Of a DNA stretch of 64,000 nucleotides, positions 36,843 through 51,064 are shown one piece after another (position 1 is the stretch's first letter; each line of letters opens with the position of its first letter). The DNA is from Mobula hypostoma (lineage: Eukaryota). Made by a program: the position numbers and the translations under genes. Where the stretch lies: NCBI RefSeq assembly GCF_963921235.1, contig NC_086108.1, forward strand, positions 95,916,001 through 95,980,000. Reading direction: 5' to 3'. The notes beneath the pieces are model-generated. The model ran no database searches. It worked only from the letters and a program-made list of their open reading frames with translations, and was not told where the DNA came from.

Positions 36843-39800
36843 TCTCCAGGAGGCGCTCATGGAGTGAGGTTGTCTTTGGCTTCGCTCCATTACCGTTACT
36901 TTTTTGTTTAAAACTTATGATCTCCCTTAATTAATTTTTACCTACACTAGAAGATTTGTTCTATACTACTGATTTTTTCTTGAACTGTAACTGTGAAATC
37001 TAAAGAAATAAGTACAAGATCTAAAGGGCATGAACCTAAAAACGGGAAGGATTCCAATGGGAATGGGGGGGGGCAGGGAGGGGGAGAGAAAAAGGTGACC
37101 CTAAGCAAATGGAACTATCTTATGATATTCTGTTGAAGCTTTTAGATGAAAAATTTGAAGAACAATGTCAAAGTTTTAAAGAAGACAAAGTCAATCACGG
37201 ACTCTCTGAAATCGCTTGATTGTGAAGTTAAGCAACATCAAAGTAAAATTACCGAATTAGACATTGAATCTCAGAAGAGAGATTTGAAAATTGAGAATTT
37301 GGAGCAGAAATTATCTTCGACGACTAAACAACTGGAACATTTTAAATCCAAGATTATTGATCTTGGAAGCAGATCTAGAAGACAGAATTTACGTATAATT
37401 GGTCTCCCCAAGGATGTTGAGGAAGGAGAACCTTCAAAATTCTTCTCTCAACTTTTAAAGGATGCGTTTAGTTCTGTATTCCCCGACGATCCTCCATTGC
37501 TGGACCATGCTCACCGTACATTGCACCTGAAACTGTTGTCCTCCGAATTTAGACTGAGGCCAGTGATTCTCCGGTTCCATTATATTAGCGTTAAAGAGCA
37601 TCTTATCCGAATTATCCGCCGGCAAGGTATGATTAAATTTTGACAACATCAGTTCCGTTTAGTGGAGGATTACAGTCCTGAAGTGATGAAGGCGCGGCTG
37701 ACTTTTAAACCCCTGATGTCGGAATGTTACCAGAAAGATTTCAGACCGGCCCTATTGTATCCTGCAGGTTTAAGAACTTCTCTTTCGGACGAATCACGTC
37801 GTGTCTTCCATTCCACAAGTGCAGCTCGAAGTTTTTTGGATGAGCACCATTCAGCTGCTACGGATACCCTGCTTTAATTAATGTTTAGCGCTCGCAGCAT
37901 CGGCTCTGTTTTTAGGTACTTTTTTTTATATAAAAAGCATTCATTATCATATGAAGAAGGTCTAAGTTCAAGACTTTCATCTTTGGTTAGTAGTGTAGGT
38001 ATTTTTCACATCTCAATTAAAGTTCATTTTTCCTGCGGATGATTTTACTTTTCTTTAGTTTGTTCATTTTTAATTATTTGATTTCTGACATTCTCATCAA
38101 CGAATTGATGGTAAATTTCTACTGTACGGAGGAACATTTTTCTTTATTTTTGGCTTCGTATAACTAAGATGGCGGTCTATTTCCCTTTTCTCATAATTTC
38201 TTTTGATCTTTCTGACTACGCCATCTTCTTAGGTTTCTTCTTCCCATAATTCCTTTTTTTTGAAGTGCCATTTTCAACTATTTATGTTTGTAATTGATTA
38301 ATAATATGCATCGGCACTTACTTTTTCTCGTTCATTTTAGAAATCCCAATATGTAGATTATTATAGTACAGTGTTTAATTTTTTTTTTATTTCGGGGGGG
38401 TTCTTTTTAACATATATCTTTGGAGTTGCCTTCTGGAGAAATGGGGTTAGATTTATTATTAGTTCTTAGTTCTTTCTCTAGTCTTCTCTGGCTTAGTTTT
38501 GGGATTTCAGGGGTGGAGAGTTGGGGGGGCGGTTCTTTTCTTACTTTATTAATTTTTTCTATTGGGCTGATTCAGTACTACAAAGATGTCTGCAGTGTCA
38601 TGCTTTCTGGTTCCACTCTGAATATTTATTCCTCTTCCGATTTCATGAGTTTACATTATGGTTAACTCTTTATATACCAAAGGGTTAACATTAAGTTATG
38701 GCTCAGATTATTAATTTTGTCTCTAGGAATACAAAATGGTTTAAACCAGCCAATAAAATGGAAAAAGATTTTTAAATTATTCCAAAAACTGAATGCTCAC
38801 ATTATTTTTGCACAAGAAACATGTGAGGAAAGAGGATAATCAATGTTTCTTTAGGTTTTGGAAGGAACAACAGTACCACTTGAACTCCCAAGCCAAAGTG
38901 AAAAGTGTTTCAATTTTTATAGATTCCTCAATTACATTTACTCATCAAGACATTATTTCAGATCCTAGTGGTAGATTTTTGTTAATTACTGGGTTACATT
39001 TTAATAAAAAAGTTGCTATGGTTAATGTTTATGCTCCAAATATGGATTATCCCGAATTTTTTAAGCACTTACTCACTTCTTTTCCTAATTTAAACGAGTA
39101 TATGTTGATAATGGGGGGTGATTTTAACTGCTGTTTAAATCCCCTGATGGATAGATCCATATTTAGTCACGTTTACCGAATAAGTTGGCTACTCTTATTA
39201 ACTCTCTTATGATTGACTCTGGAATTTCAGAAATTTGGAGATTTCTACATCCTGAGGATAGAGAGTTTTCATTCTTCTCGTGTGTTTACCATTCTTATTC
39301 TCGAATTGACTACTTTTTTATTGACTCTCGTTTAATTCCATCTGTAATTGACTGCAATTATGACATTACCGCCATTTCTGATCATGCTCCAATGAAACTT
39401 CCTATCAGGTTAATGGATACTACTAGGCAATGGCCATTTAATTCTAATTTGCTTCAAGACCCCAACTTTGTTAAGTTTATGAAGGAACAGATTGATTTCT
39501 TCTTTTCAACTAATATTACGGAAGAAATCTCCAACAGGACATTATGGGACACTTTTAAAGCTTATATCTGTGGACAGATTATTTCTTATTCTGTTGGATT
39601 GAAAAAACGTATTAAGAATGAGACACTTGTTGGTTGACAAAATTAAAGGAATTGATAAGAAATATTCTATTGTTCCTAGTAAGGAGCTTTATAAACAGAG
39701 TGTCGAACTTCAAATGGAACACAATTTATTGTTAACATCCTCAATTGAAAATCAATTAATGAAAACTAGAGGTGAGTTTTATATTCATAGTGATAAATTG

Positions 39801-42800
39801 GGTAAATTATTAGCTAATCAATTGAAAACTACTTCAGTTAAACGTCAAATTGTCAAGATCCGTAAACATGTCACTTTGACAGTTGATCATGACGAGATAA
39901 ACAAAACTTTAAGAATTTTATACCTCTTTATACCATTCTGATTTTCCTCATGATCCTAACACCATGCAGGACTTTTTAAGGAAATTGAACTTTCCAAAAT
40001 TATCACCCAAAGAATATTTAACATTAGAAACTCCTGTTACAGATGAAGAAATAACAGCTGTTATTTCTTCAATGAATTCCGGCAAAGCACCTGGTCCAGA
40101 TGGTTTTACAGTGGAATTTTAAAAGTTTTTTTTCCCTCTATTCTCTCTCCTTGGTTGTCTAGAATATTTAAATAAGCAATCAGATTAGGTAAATTACCAC
40201 AATCGTTTTATGGAGCTTCTGTTTCTTTAATTCTTAAAAAGAATAAAGATCCTACTGATCGTGCATCATACAGACCGATATCTCTTTTGAAAGTAGACTC
40301 AAAAATTTTTTCTAAAATATTAGCAACTAGGTTAGAAAAGGTACTACCTCAAATTATCTCTGTGGACCAAATTAGATTTATTAAAAATCATTATTCATCT
40401 TTTAATATTAGGAGGTTAATGAATATCGTTTATAACCCTTCACAGCATTCTGGAATGTAATATTTCATTAGATGCTGAGAAAGCTTTTGACAGAGTTGAA
40501 TGACCATATTTATTTAGTGTGTTTGAGAAATTTAATTTTAGTACGATATTTATATCTTGGATTAAATTGATATATCATACCCCTGTAGCTTCAGTTTGTA
40601 CTAACAATCAAAGATCTCCCTTTTTTTGTTTATCTCGGGGTACTAGGCAGGGATGCCCTCTTAGTCCATTATTATTTGATATCATCCTTGAACCTTTAGC
40701 AATTGCTATCCGAGACTCACCTAATATTTTTGGTATTACCCGTGGAAATGAAATAGACATAGACATAGAAAATAGGTGCAGGAGTAGGCCATTCGGCCCT
40801 TCGAGCCTGCACCACCATTTATTATGATCATGGCTGATCCTCCAACTCAGAACCCCGCCCCAGCTTTCCCTCCATACCCCCTGACCCCCGTAGCCACAAG
40901 GGCCATATCTAACTCCCTCTTAAATATAGCCAATGAACTGGCCTCAACTGTTTCCTGTGGCAGAGAATTCCACAGATTCACCACTCTCTGTGTGAAGAAG
41001 TTTTTCCTAATCTCGGTCCTAAAAGGCTTCCCCTCTATCCTCAAACTGTGGCCCCTCGTTCTGGACTTCCCCAACATCGGGAACAATCTTCCTGCATCTA
41101 GCCTGTCCAATCCCTTTAGGATCTTATACGTTTCAATCAGATCCCCCCTCAATCTTCTAAATTCCAATGAGTACAAGCCCAGTTCATCCAGTCTTTCTTC
41201 ATATGAAAGTCCTGCCATCCCAGGAATCAATCTGGTGAACCTTCTTTGTACTCCCTCTATGGCAAGGATGTCTTTCCTCAGATTAGGGGACCAAAACTGC
41301 ACATAATACTCCAGGTGTGGTCTCACCAAGGCCTTGTACAACTGCAGTAGTACCTCCCTGCTCCTGTACTCGAATCCTCTCGCTATAAATGCCAGCAAAC
41401 CATTCGCCTTTTTCACCGCCTGCTGTACCTGCATGCCCACTTTCAATGACTGGTGTATAATGACACCCAGGTCTCGTTGCACCTCCCCTTTTCCTAATCG
41501 GCCACCATTCAGATAATAATCTGCTTTCCTATTTTTGCCACCAAAGTGGATAACTTCACATTTAAGTTTGCACACTAATCTCCTGTGTGGGACCTTGTCA
41601 AAAGCCTTTTGAAAATCCAAATATACCACATCCACTGGTTCTCCCCTATCCACTCTACTAGTTACATCCTCAAAAAATTCTATGAGATTCGTCAGGCATG
41701 ATTTTCCTTTCACAAATCCATGCTGACTTTGTCCGATGATTTCACCGCTTTCCAAATGTGCTGTTATCACATCCTTGATAACTGACTCCAGCAGTTTCCC
41801 CACCACCGACGTTAGGCTAACCGGTCTATAATTCCCTGGTTTCTCTCTCCCTCCTTTTTTAAAAAGTGGAGTTACATTAGCCACCTTCCAATCCTCAGGA
41901 ACTAGTCCAGAATCTAACGAGTTTTGAAAAAATATCACTAATGCATCCACTATTTCTTGGGCTACTTCCTTAAGCACTCTAGGATGCAGACCATCTGGTC
42001 CTGGGGATTTATCTGCCTTCAATCCCTTCAATTTACCTAACACCACTTCCCTACTAACATGTATTTCACTCAGTTCCTCCATCTCACTGGACCCTCTGTC
42101 CCTTACTATTTCTGGAAGATTATTTATGTCCTCCTTAGTGAAGACAGAACCAAAGTAATTATTCAATTGGTCTACCATGTCCTTGCTCCCCATAATCAAG
42201 TCACCTGTGTCTGTCTGCAGGGGACCTACATTTGTCTTTACCAGTCTTTTCCTTTTTACATATCTATAAAAGCTTTTACAGTCCGTTTTTATGTTCCCTG
42301 CCAGTTTTCTCTCATAATCTTTTTTCCCCTTCCTAATTAAGCCCTTTGTCCTCCTCTGCTGAACTCTGAATTTCTCCCAGTCCTCAGGTGAGCCACTTTC
42401 TCTGGCTAATTTGTATGCTTCTTCTTTGGAATTGATACTATCCCTAATTTCTCTTGTCAGCCACGGGTGCACTACTTTCCTTGATTTATTCTTTTGCCAA
42501 ACTGGGATGAACAATTGTTGTAGTTCATCCATGCAACCTTTAAATGCTTGCCATTGCATATCCACCGTCAATCCTTTAAGTGTCATTTGCCAGTCTATCT
42601 TAGCTAATTCACATCTCATACCTTCAAAGTTACCCCTCTTTAAGTTCAGAACCTTTGTTTCTGAATTAACTATGTCACTCTCCATCTTAATGAAGAATTC
42701 CACCATATTATGGTCACTCTTACCCAAGGGGCCTCTCACGACAAGATCGCTAATTAACCCTTCCTCATTGCTCAAAACCCAGTCCAGAATAGCCTGCTCT

Positions 42801-45114
42801 CCAGTTGGTTCCTCGACATGTTGGTTCAAAAAACCATCCCAAGAAATCCTCTTCCTCAGCACCTTTACCAATTTGGTTCACCCAATCTACATGAAGATTG
42901 AAGTCACCCATTATAACTGCTGTTCCTTTATTGCACACATTTCTAATTTCCTGTTTAATACCATCTCCGACCTCACTACTACTGTTAGGTGGCCTGTACA
43001 CAACTCCCACCAGCGTCTTCTGCCCCTTAGTGTTACGCAGCTCTACCCATATCGATTCCACATCTTCCCGGCTTATGTCCTTCCTTTCTATTGCGTTAAT
43101 CTCTTCTTTAACCAGCATAATACACAAGTTATCATTATATGCAGATGATTTATTATATATTTCTAATCCTGGGAAATCTATTCCTGGTTATTTTATCTTT
43201 GCTGGCTCAGTTTAGCAATTTTTCTGGTTATAAACTGAACCTTAATAAGAGTGAAATATTTCCCCTAAATATGCAGGTTCCTATTTATGGATGTTTACCA
43301 TTTAAATTGGTTACTGACTCTTTTACATATTTAGGGATTAAAATTACAAGAAGATTTATTCAAGGTTATTTTTTTTTTACCTTTAATTGATCAGATTAAA
43401 CTTTCGTTTACTAAATGGTCACCAATGTCTCTGTCATTGATCAGTTGGATCAATGCTATTAAGATGATTATTTTGCCTAAATTTTTATATGTATTTCAAG
43501 CGGTGCCAATTTTCATTCCAAAATCCTTTTTTGATAATGTTCATTCCAAAATTTCCTCATATATATGGCAGAACAAAATCCAAGGCTAGGTAAAAGACAT
43601 TTACAGACATCTAAAAAGGAGGGGGGTTTAGCTTTGCCGAATTTTAGATTTTACTATTGGGCAATTAACATTTGATATTTAAAATTTTGGTTATGGGACT
43701 TGGACGTAACTTCAAGTCCACATTGGGTAAATCTTGAATGTAATTCTTTACAAGGGTTTTCATCGGGTTCTATTTTAGGGACTTTGCTTCCCTGTACTCT
43801 TTCTATATTGTATAAACAAATGGATAACCCAATAGTTATACATACGTTACATATATGGTTTCAATTTTGAAAATTTTTTGGGTTGAATCAATTTATTTTA
43901 GCAAGTCCTATTATATCCAATTTCTTTTTTCAACCCTCCACTATGGATCAAGCATATCTGGCTTGGAAAATTAAAGGTATAGTACGATTTTCATGTCCTT
44001 TGAACAATTATCTAATAAATATAATTTACCTAGATCTCTTTTTTTTAAGATATTTAACAGGTTAGAAATTTTTAAAATACTGTTTCTCCTATCTTCCCGA
44101 ATTTATATTCAATGGATATTTTGGAAAAAATTTTAGATTTAAATCCTTTTCAGAAAGGTGTAATAGCAATTATTTATAATACAATTATGAAAGTATGTCC
44201 AGACGTATCTAATAAAGTTAAGACTGATTGGGAAAGGGAACTTAAGATTATTGTACCGATTGAAAAATGGGAAAAAATTCTTCAATGAGTTAACTCATCC
44301 TCTATATGTGCTAAACATGCGTTGATACAGTTTAAAGTAGTGCATAGGGCTCATATGTGCAAGGATAAACTAGCTCGTTATTATTCTCATATAAATCCTA
44401 TATGCGATAGATGTCACTCCAAGATAGCTTCTTCATATGTTTCGGTCATGTCCTTAGTTGCAAAATTATTGGAAAGATATTTTTGATACTATCTTAACTG
44501 TTTTGAATATTGATTTACAACCTCACCCTATTACTGCAATTTTTGGGTTACCAATCAAGTCACTTAACCTCTTCAGCTCGTCAGATGATTGCATTTCTTA
44601 CATTAATGGCTAGAAGATCCATTTTGCTGAATTGGAAAAAGATTAATCCTCCCACCACATTTCATTGGTTCTCTCAAACTATGTTGTGTTTAAACTTAGA
44701 AAAAATTAGAAGTGTTATTTATGATCCCTCTATTAAATTCGAAGAGACTTGGAGGCTATTTATTCCACATTTTCATATGATGTCATTTGACCTTTTCCAA
44801 ACTTATTCTATTTTTTTGTAATATATGGTGAGAGGAACGGAGTTGTTGACACTAACGGTTCCCTTTTTTTTTGATGTTACATAGCAGCCCATGTCTTTTT
44901 TTTTAGTTTAGTTGATTAACACTGTTTAGGTTAGTTTTTTTTTGGGGGGGGGTATATATTTTTTTTCCTTTTTCATGATTTTTTTTAGTTTTTTTTGTTT
45001 TATATATTACATCTGTATCCTATATGATTGGGAGATTTAACACTCAAGTGTCAACTGGGCTTATATTTAACTATGTTTATTATGAAACTAATAAAAAGAT
45101 TGAAAAAGAAAGAA
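36843..45114 (+). mobile_element. Full-length but decayed L1-clade LINE, interrupted by CR1 at 40756-43117
   Basis: ORF1 remnants at 37146-37877 (RSRRQNLRIIGLP, RPVILRFH, EDYSPEV, LLYPA). ORF2 starts ~38698 with APE (NVYAPN, GGDFNC, YSRIDYF, ISDHAP), RT (GTRQGCPLSPLLF | LYADDLL) and C-terminal remnants to ~44800. It ends with aataaa and an A-rich tail. TSD aggaaatggat (36832-42) / aggagatggat (45115-25). Confidence 0.93.
40756..43117 (-). mobile_element. 5'-truncated young CR1 inserted into the L1 RT domain; has an internal RT deletion
   Basis: 674-aa ORF 40847..42871, highly similar to the copy at 27114-31427. The L1 frame ...ITRGNEI|HKLSLYADD rejoins across it, with a possible 4-bp TSD aata (40752-55, 43119-22). 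Confidence 0.95.
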
Positions 45115-46851
45115 AGGAGATGGATACAAGAAAATTTCCAAGTCACTTGATATCCCTTGGAGTACAGAAAAGTTAATCATCAAGGAATAGAAAGAACATG
45201 GCACAGCTGTAAATCTGCCTAGAGCAGGCCGTCCTCAAAAACTGAGTGACCATGCAAGAAGGGGATTAGTGAGGGAGGCCACCAAGAGGCCCATGACAAC
45301 TCTGGAGGAGTTACAAGCTTCGATGGCTGAGATGGGAGAGACTGCGCATTTAACAATTGTTGCCTGGCTGCTTCAATGGTTGTAGTTTTATGGGACAGTG
45401 GCAAAGAGAAAGCCACTTGAAAAAAAACTTACCCCAAATCTCAGCTAGAGTTTTCCAGAAGGCACGTGGGAAACTCTGAAGTCAGATGGAAGAAGGTCTG
45501 ATGAAACTAAAATTGAGTTTTTTAGCCAGACTAAACGTCATGTTTGGCATAAACATCATCAAAAACACACCATCCCTACCGTGAAGCATGGTTGTGGCTG
45601 CATCATACTGTGGGGATGCTTCACTGCAACAGCTCCAGAAGGCTTGTGAAGGAACAGGGCAAAATGAATGCAGCAAAAAATACAAGGAAATCCTGGAGGA
45701 AAACCTGATGCAGACTGCAAGAGAACTGCACCTTAAGAGGAGATCTGTTTTCCAGCAAGACAATGACCCCTAGCATAAAGCCAAAGCTACACGGGAATGG
45801 CTTAAAGACAAAGATAATTTCCCAGAGTGGCCAAGTCAAAAGTCCAGGCCTCAATCTAATTGAGAATTTGTGGCTGGACTTGAAAAGAACTGTTCACTCA
45901 TGATCCCCAGAGCCTGAGCAGTTTTGTAAAGAAGAATGGGGAAAAATTGCAGTGTCCACATGTACAAAGCTGATAGAGACCTATCCACATAGACTCAAGA
46001 CTGTAATTGCTGCCAAAGGTACATCTACTAACTCGAAGGGGGTGAACACTTAGGCAATCAATTATTGTTTTATATTTATAATTAACTTAGATCATTTTGT
46101 AGAGATCTGTTTTCACTTTGACATGCAAGAGTTTTTTTCCCCCAGTAAAAAAACAAATTAACTCTATCGTGATTCAATGTTATAAAACAATAAAACATGA
46201 AAGCTTCTGGGGTGAGGTGTGGACCGCACATATTCTGATAATAAATTTACTTTGAATTTTTAGTTTCATGGGTTGAGTGACTTGGTCTTGAAATATTTTC
46301 AAGAACCAGCAAGCTCCTGTAATTGTAAATTGACGTGCTTTTAATACCCAGTATAAAAGAAAATTCTATTCACGACATAGACGTTGAGTTGACTGTTTAT
46401 GTGTTTTTGACTCAGCTGGTCTGTTTTGTGTTGGGGGGATTTAAAAATGATTCAACATAACCTGATAGCTGGTAAGCATTGCTAAGTAGAGCAGGTCATC
46501 ATAGTGAGACTAGTTTTGAGTACATTAGTTTGGCTTCCTGTGAACATTGGATTAATATAGTACTTTCAGGCTTGTGGTTATTCTCCTCAAAAACAATGGC
46601 ATGTCCAATTTATGTTTTTGGATTTATTGTTTCTTTTTTTTCCTGTTACTTTAGTAGTAGTCTGCAATATTGGATTGCCTTTGTGCTAGAGTTGCCATCT
46701 CCTCAATGGTAACTCTACCAGCACCACATTCTGTTGGTTTCATAGTGTCAGGTTTGCTTTTTAATTCCAGAATTAATCTCTTTTTCTCTGGTGTGGCTTT
46801 GCTACTATTTCTTTCCTCATACTGGATTTTGGTTATTTTGGGAGACCCAAT

Positions 46852-49285
46852 CAAGAGACCACCCAACTGTCCAAGAGACTTAGAGGAACAAACTTGTAAA
46901 GAGGTTGCAGATGGTTGCAAGAAACATAAGGTTGTCGTAGTAGGTGATTTCAACCTTCCGCATATTGACTGGGAATCCCAAACTGTAAAAGGACTAGATG
47001 GGATAGAGTTTGTCAAATGTGTTTAGGTAAGTTTCCTTTACCAGTACATAGCAGTCCCAACAAGAAAGAGTGCATTACTGGATCTGCTATTAGGGAATAA
47101 GACAGGGCAGGTGACAGAAGTTTGTGTAGGGGAACACTTTGCATTCAGTGACCACAATGCCCCCAAGTTTCAAAGTAAATATGCAAAAAGTCTGGTCTGC
47201 AGGCTGTGGTTCTAAATCGGAGAAAGGTCAATTTTTATGGTATCAGAAATGATTTGGCAAGTGTGGATTGGGACAGGCCGTTTTCTGGAAAGTGGGAGGC
47301 TTCCAAAAGTGAAATCTTAAGTGTACAAAGCTTGTACATGTATGTCAGAAGAAAAGTTAGAGTTAGCCAGTGTAGGGAACCTTGGTTTTCAAGAGATATC
47401 AAGGCCCTGGTTAAGAGAAAAAAAAGGAAGTGCTTAGCAGGTGTGGGCAAGTAGGAACAAATGAGGTGCTTATGGAGAACAATTAAAGAAAATCAGGAAA
47501 GCTAAAAGGCGGCGTGACGTAGTTCTTGCAGACAAGGTGCTGGAGAATCCTAAGGAAGTCTGCAGATATGTTAAGAGCAAAAGGATTACAAGGGACAAAA
47601 CTGGTCCTCTAGAAGACCAGAATGGTAATCCAAGTGTGGAGCCAAAATAGATCGAGATCTTAATGAATTCTTTGTATCTGTTTCCTGCGTAAATAGAGAT
47701 GGGAAGTCTGTAGAAGTAAGGCAAAATGGCATCAATTGCATGGACCTTGTACAGATTACAGAAGAAGAGGTAATTGCTACCCGAGGAAAATCAGGGTGGA
47801 TAAATCCCCAAGCCTGACAAGGTGTTCCCTCTGACCCGAAGTGTAGACATTGCCAAGGCCTTCGCAGGAATATTTAAAACATCCTTGGCAATAGGAGAGG
47901 TACCAGAGGATTGGAGAACAGGCAATGTTGTTACGCTGTTTTAAAAAAAGGCTCTAAGCATAAACTAGGAATGTATGGACCAGTGAGCCTGACATGAGTT
48001 ATGGGAAAGTTATTGGAAGGTATTGTAAGGGACTGGATATATGAGTATTTGGACAGACACAGACTGATTAAGGATAGTCAGCATGGCTCAATGCGTGGTA
48101 GGTCACGTCTAACCAGTCTTAAGACCTTTTTGAGAAAATTACCTGGAAAGTTGATGAAGGCTAGGCAGTGGATGTTGTCTACATGGACTTTACAACCCCC
48201 ATAAGAGGCTGAACAAGAAGGTTCATTTCCTTGGCATTCAAGATGAGGAGGTAAACTGCATTAGACCTTGGCTTTGTGGGAAAAGCCAGAGAAGTAGAGG
48301 GTTGCCTCTCTGATTGGAAGCCTGTGGCTAACGGTGTGCCATAGAGATCAGTGCTGAGCCCTTTGTCGTTTGTCATCTCCACTAATGATCAGGATAATAA
48401 TGTGGTTAACTGGATCAGTAAATTTGCAGAAGACACAGAGATTGGGGGTGTAGTGGACAGTGAGGAAAACTATCGTGGTTTGCAGAGGGATCTGCATCAG
48501 CTGGAAAAATGGGCCGAAAATGGCATATGGAATTTATTGTGGACAAGTGTGAGGTTTTGCACTTTGGTAGAATCAACCAGGTAGGTCTTACACAGTGAAT
48601 GACGGGCCACTGAGGAGTGTAATAGAACAAAGTGATCTGGGAATACAGGTCCATAATTCATTGAGAGTGCTGCCACGGGTAGATAGGGTGGTAAAGAAAA
48701 TTTTTGGCACATTGGCCTTCATAAATCAATGTACTTAGTACAGGAGATGGGATGTTATGTTGAAGCTGTATAAGATGCTGATGAGGCCTAATTTGGAGTA
48801 TTGTGTGTGGTTTTGGTCACCTACCTCCAGGTCTGGGAGACCTGAGTTATAAGGAAAGACTGACTAGGTTAGGACTGTATTCTTTACAACATAAAAGAGC
48901 AGAGCAGATCTGATAGCAGTATACAGAATTATGAGGGATACAGATAGAGTAAATGCAATCTGGCTTTTTCCACTGAGTTTGGGTGGGACTACAACCAGAG
49001 GTCACCGGTTAAGCTGGGAAGATGAGAAGTTTAAAGGGAACCAAAGGGGAAACTTCTTTCACTCAGAGGGTCGTGAGAGTGTGGAATGAGCTGCCAGCAC
49101 AAGTAGTGCATGCAAGCTTGATTTCAACGGTTAAGAGAACGGTTAAGATAGGTACATGGATAGTAGGGATATGGAGGGTTATGGTCCTGGAGCAGATCGA
49201 TGAAAGTAGACAATTTAAAAGGTTTCAGCATGGACTAGATGGGCCAAAAGGTCTGTTTCAGTGCTGTACTTCTTTATGATTCTAT
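46852..49285 (+). mobile_element. Degenerate 5'-truncated CR1 (APE to 3' end)
   Basis: Peptides RPPN..VVVGDFNLPHIDW, ISKFAEDTEIGGVVDSEE and FTQRVVRVWNELP; tail tttatgattctat. Confidence 0.88.
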
Positions 49286-50719
49286 AAACAATCCAAATAG
49301 TTGTTTGCTGATGAATCATTTATGCAATCTGTCATTTCGATTTTTCTATGAAACCCATTGTTCAAATTTGTATTTTATATCTGGCATGATCAGCAGAGAA
49401 TTTTAAGAAGAGCACAAGGGCACAGCCTGCGAGAGTGAGAGTGAACTGGGAAATAGTCATGGTATGCTTAGATTAAACTGCTGCTTCCCTTGACTTCAAG
49501 CCTTTTAAATGCAAAGGTTACATCCAAATTTAATTAAAATATTGGCTATATTCTTTATTTATTGAACATGGTCAGGGCTGCAATTAACAGCTGGTGGTTA
49601 GTGTATGTGTGTGTTTTTTTTTACAATGTACTAGTTTAACTCCTTTTGTGTTTCACTGAAATAGATCTTAGACACAAAAATTTGTACTTTTGGAAATTTA
49701 CTTTCCCATTTCTGGCAGTAAATACCATCACTTAATTGCAGTCAGAGCACTCCGCTTTCAGTGATCAATGTTTATTCAAAGTATTTTAATTACTGGACAA
49801 AATTCCAATTTACCCATTAGCTATTTGGCTCTCAAAGAAACTGCCAATTCGCATGACTGGGTTCAGGCAGCTTTTTTAATTAGGGAGAGGTTAAAGTCCC
49901 AAATTATCAAAATATACTTGCTAACATGCAATTTCCAGATTGTGTTTGCTTATAGCCTTAATTAGTTTTGGATTGCAATTTTCTGGCTGGGTCTTTTGAT
50001 AAAGACCTGGTTTGCCTTATTCAGAGATATACTTTTTCTCTTATCCATTCCCTTCCAACATCTCAACAACTTAAAGCAAACTAATTTTCTCTCTCAGTTC
50101 TGAAGAAATCTTTGACCTGAAATTAACTCTGCTTATATTTCCAGAGATGTCATCTGGCCCATTGAAACTTTCCAGTGATTTCCTCTTTTATTTATGATTT
50201 TAGCATAATTCTTTTGTAGTTCAGAAGTCATCCAAATACATTAGATCCTCATGATTAACCATGATGAACTGGAAGTACAATTTAAGCAATCAAAACGGGA
50301 ATACTGAATGTCCAACAAAGAAGATAATCAACAGGTTGAGTGGAATAGTTAAAATTAGACACAATCTTGATGAGTGAGCCCTTAATTACCCAACACTAGT
50401 TGCCCTTAAGTGCTGGTAAGCTGCCTTCTTGAACCACTGAAGTCAAATCGCACTGTATAAATGGATGTACTATTATAATTCAATGGCAAGTGATGACCAT
50501 CTATGCTACAAAATGTCTGAAGATATTCTTAGTTTCCTTCAGTGTAGGTGTGTAGATTCCTAGCAGACAATAGCTGCTGATACATCAAAAATGCTTGAAG
50601 TATAAACTGCTTTAAACAAAAGCGCTTAAATTTGGCAATCCTGCAAACCAATTAGGTTTCAATTTACTTCTAACAGCTTGCCTTGAGTGTTAGGCAAGGA
50701 CGTTACCTCAATGATGAAC

Positions 50720-50955
50720 TGACTCCACAACCTACAGACCTACTTTCAAGGACTCTACAACTCAATTTCTCAGTATTATTATTTTTTTAAATTACTATTT
50801 GCATGATTTGTCTTTTACACATTGGCTGTTTGTCAGTCTTTGTTGATGTGTAGTTTTTCATAAGTTCTGTGAGTATCTGCAAGAACATGAATCTCATGGT
50901 AGTATATGGTGACATACACGTACTTTGATAATGAATTTGCTTTAAACTTTGAACT
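50720..50955 (+). mobile_element. Uninterrupted Rex-like LINE 3'-UTR repeat
   Basis: Homologous to 36070-36372 plus 46231-46260; tail tttaaactttgaac. Confidence 0.65.
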
Positions 50956-51064
50956 AAATTTGTCAAACTCAACATCTCTACATATCCTTCAAGGTTTCTT
51001 AACCTCTTGGTGTTAACACGATTTTACATTCAAAACACATGAATATCTAATGCAATAAACTTAC

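Larger units (their letters stand above)
36373..46230 (+). mobile_element. IR/DR-type Tc1 DNA transposon, interrupted by L1 at 36843-45114
   Basis: Begins TA|cagtgcctacaaaaaagtattcacccc. The ~210-bp left IR has an internal direct repeat aagtattcac (36388, 36572), and the matching right IR spans ~46038-46215 with a degraded tip. The transposase starts ~36773 (EHSRQLHEKVIKKHKSG) and resumes at 45126 (YKKISKSLDIPWST...FQQDNDP..WPSQ..SPGLNLIENLW). Confidence 0.88.

Noticed and set aside
46651..46850. Additional BRDT exon (hydrophilic frame SPKITKIQYEERN...IADYY*)
   Set aside because: No convincing acceptor or donor, it ends in a stop, and it abuts a CR1. More likely an old repeat remnant.
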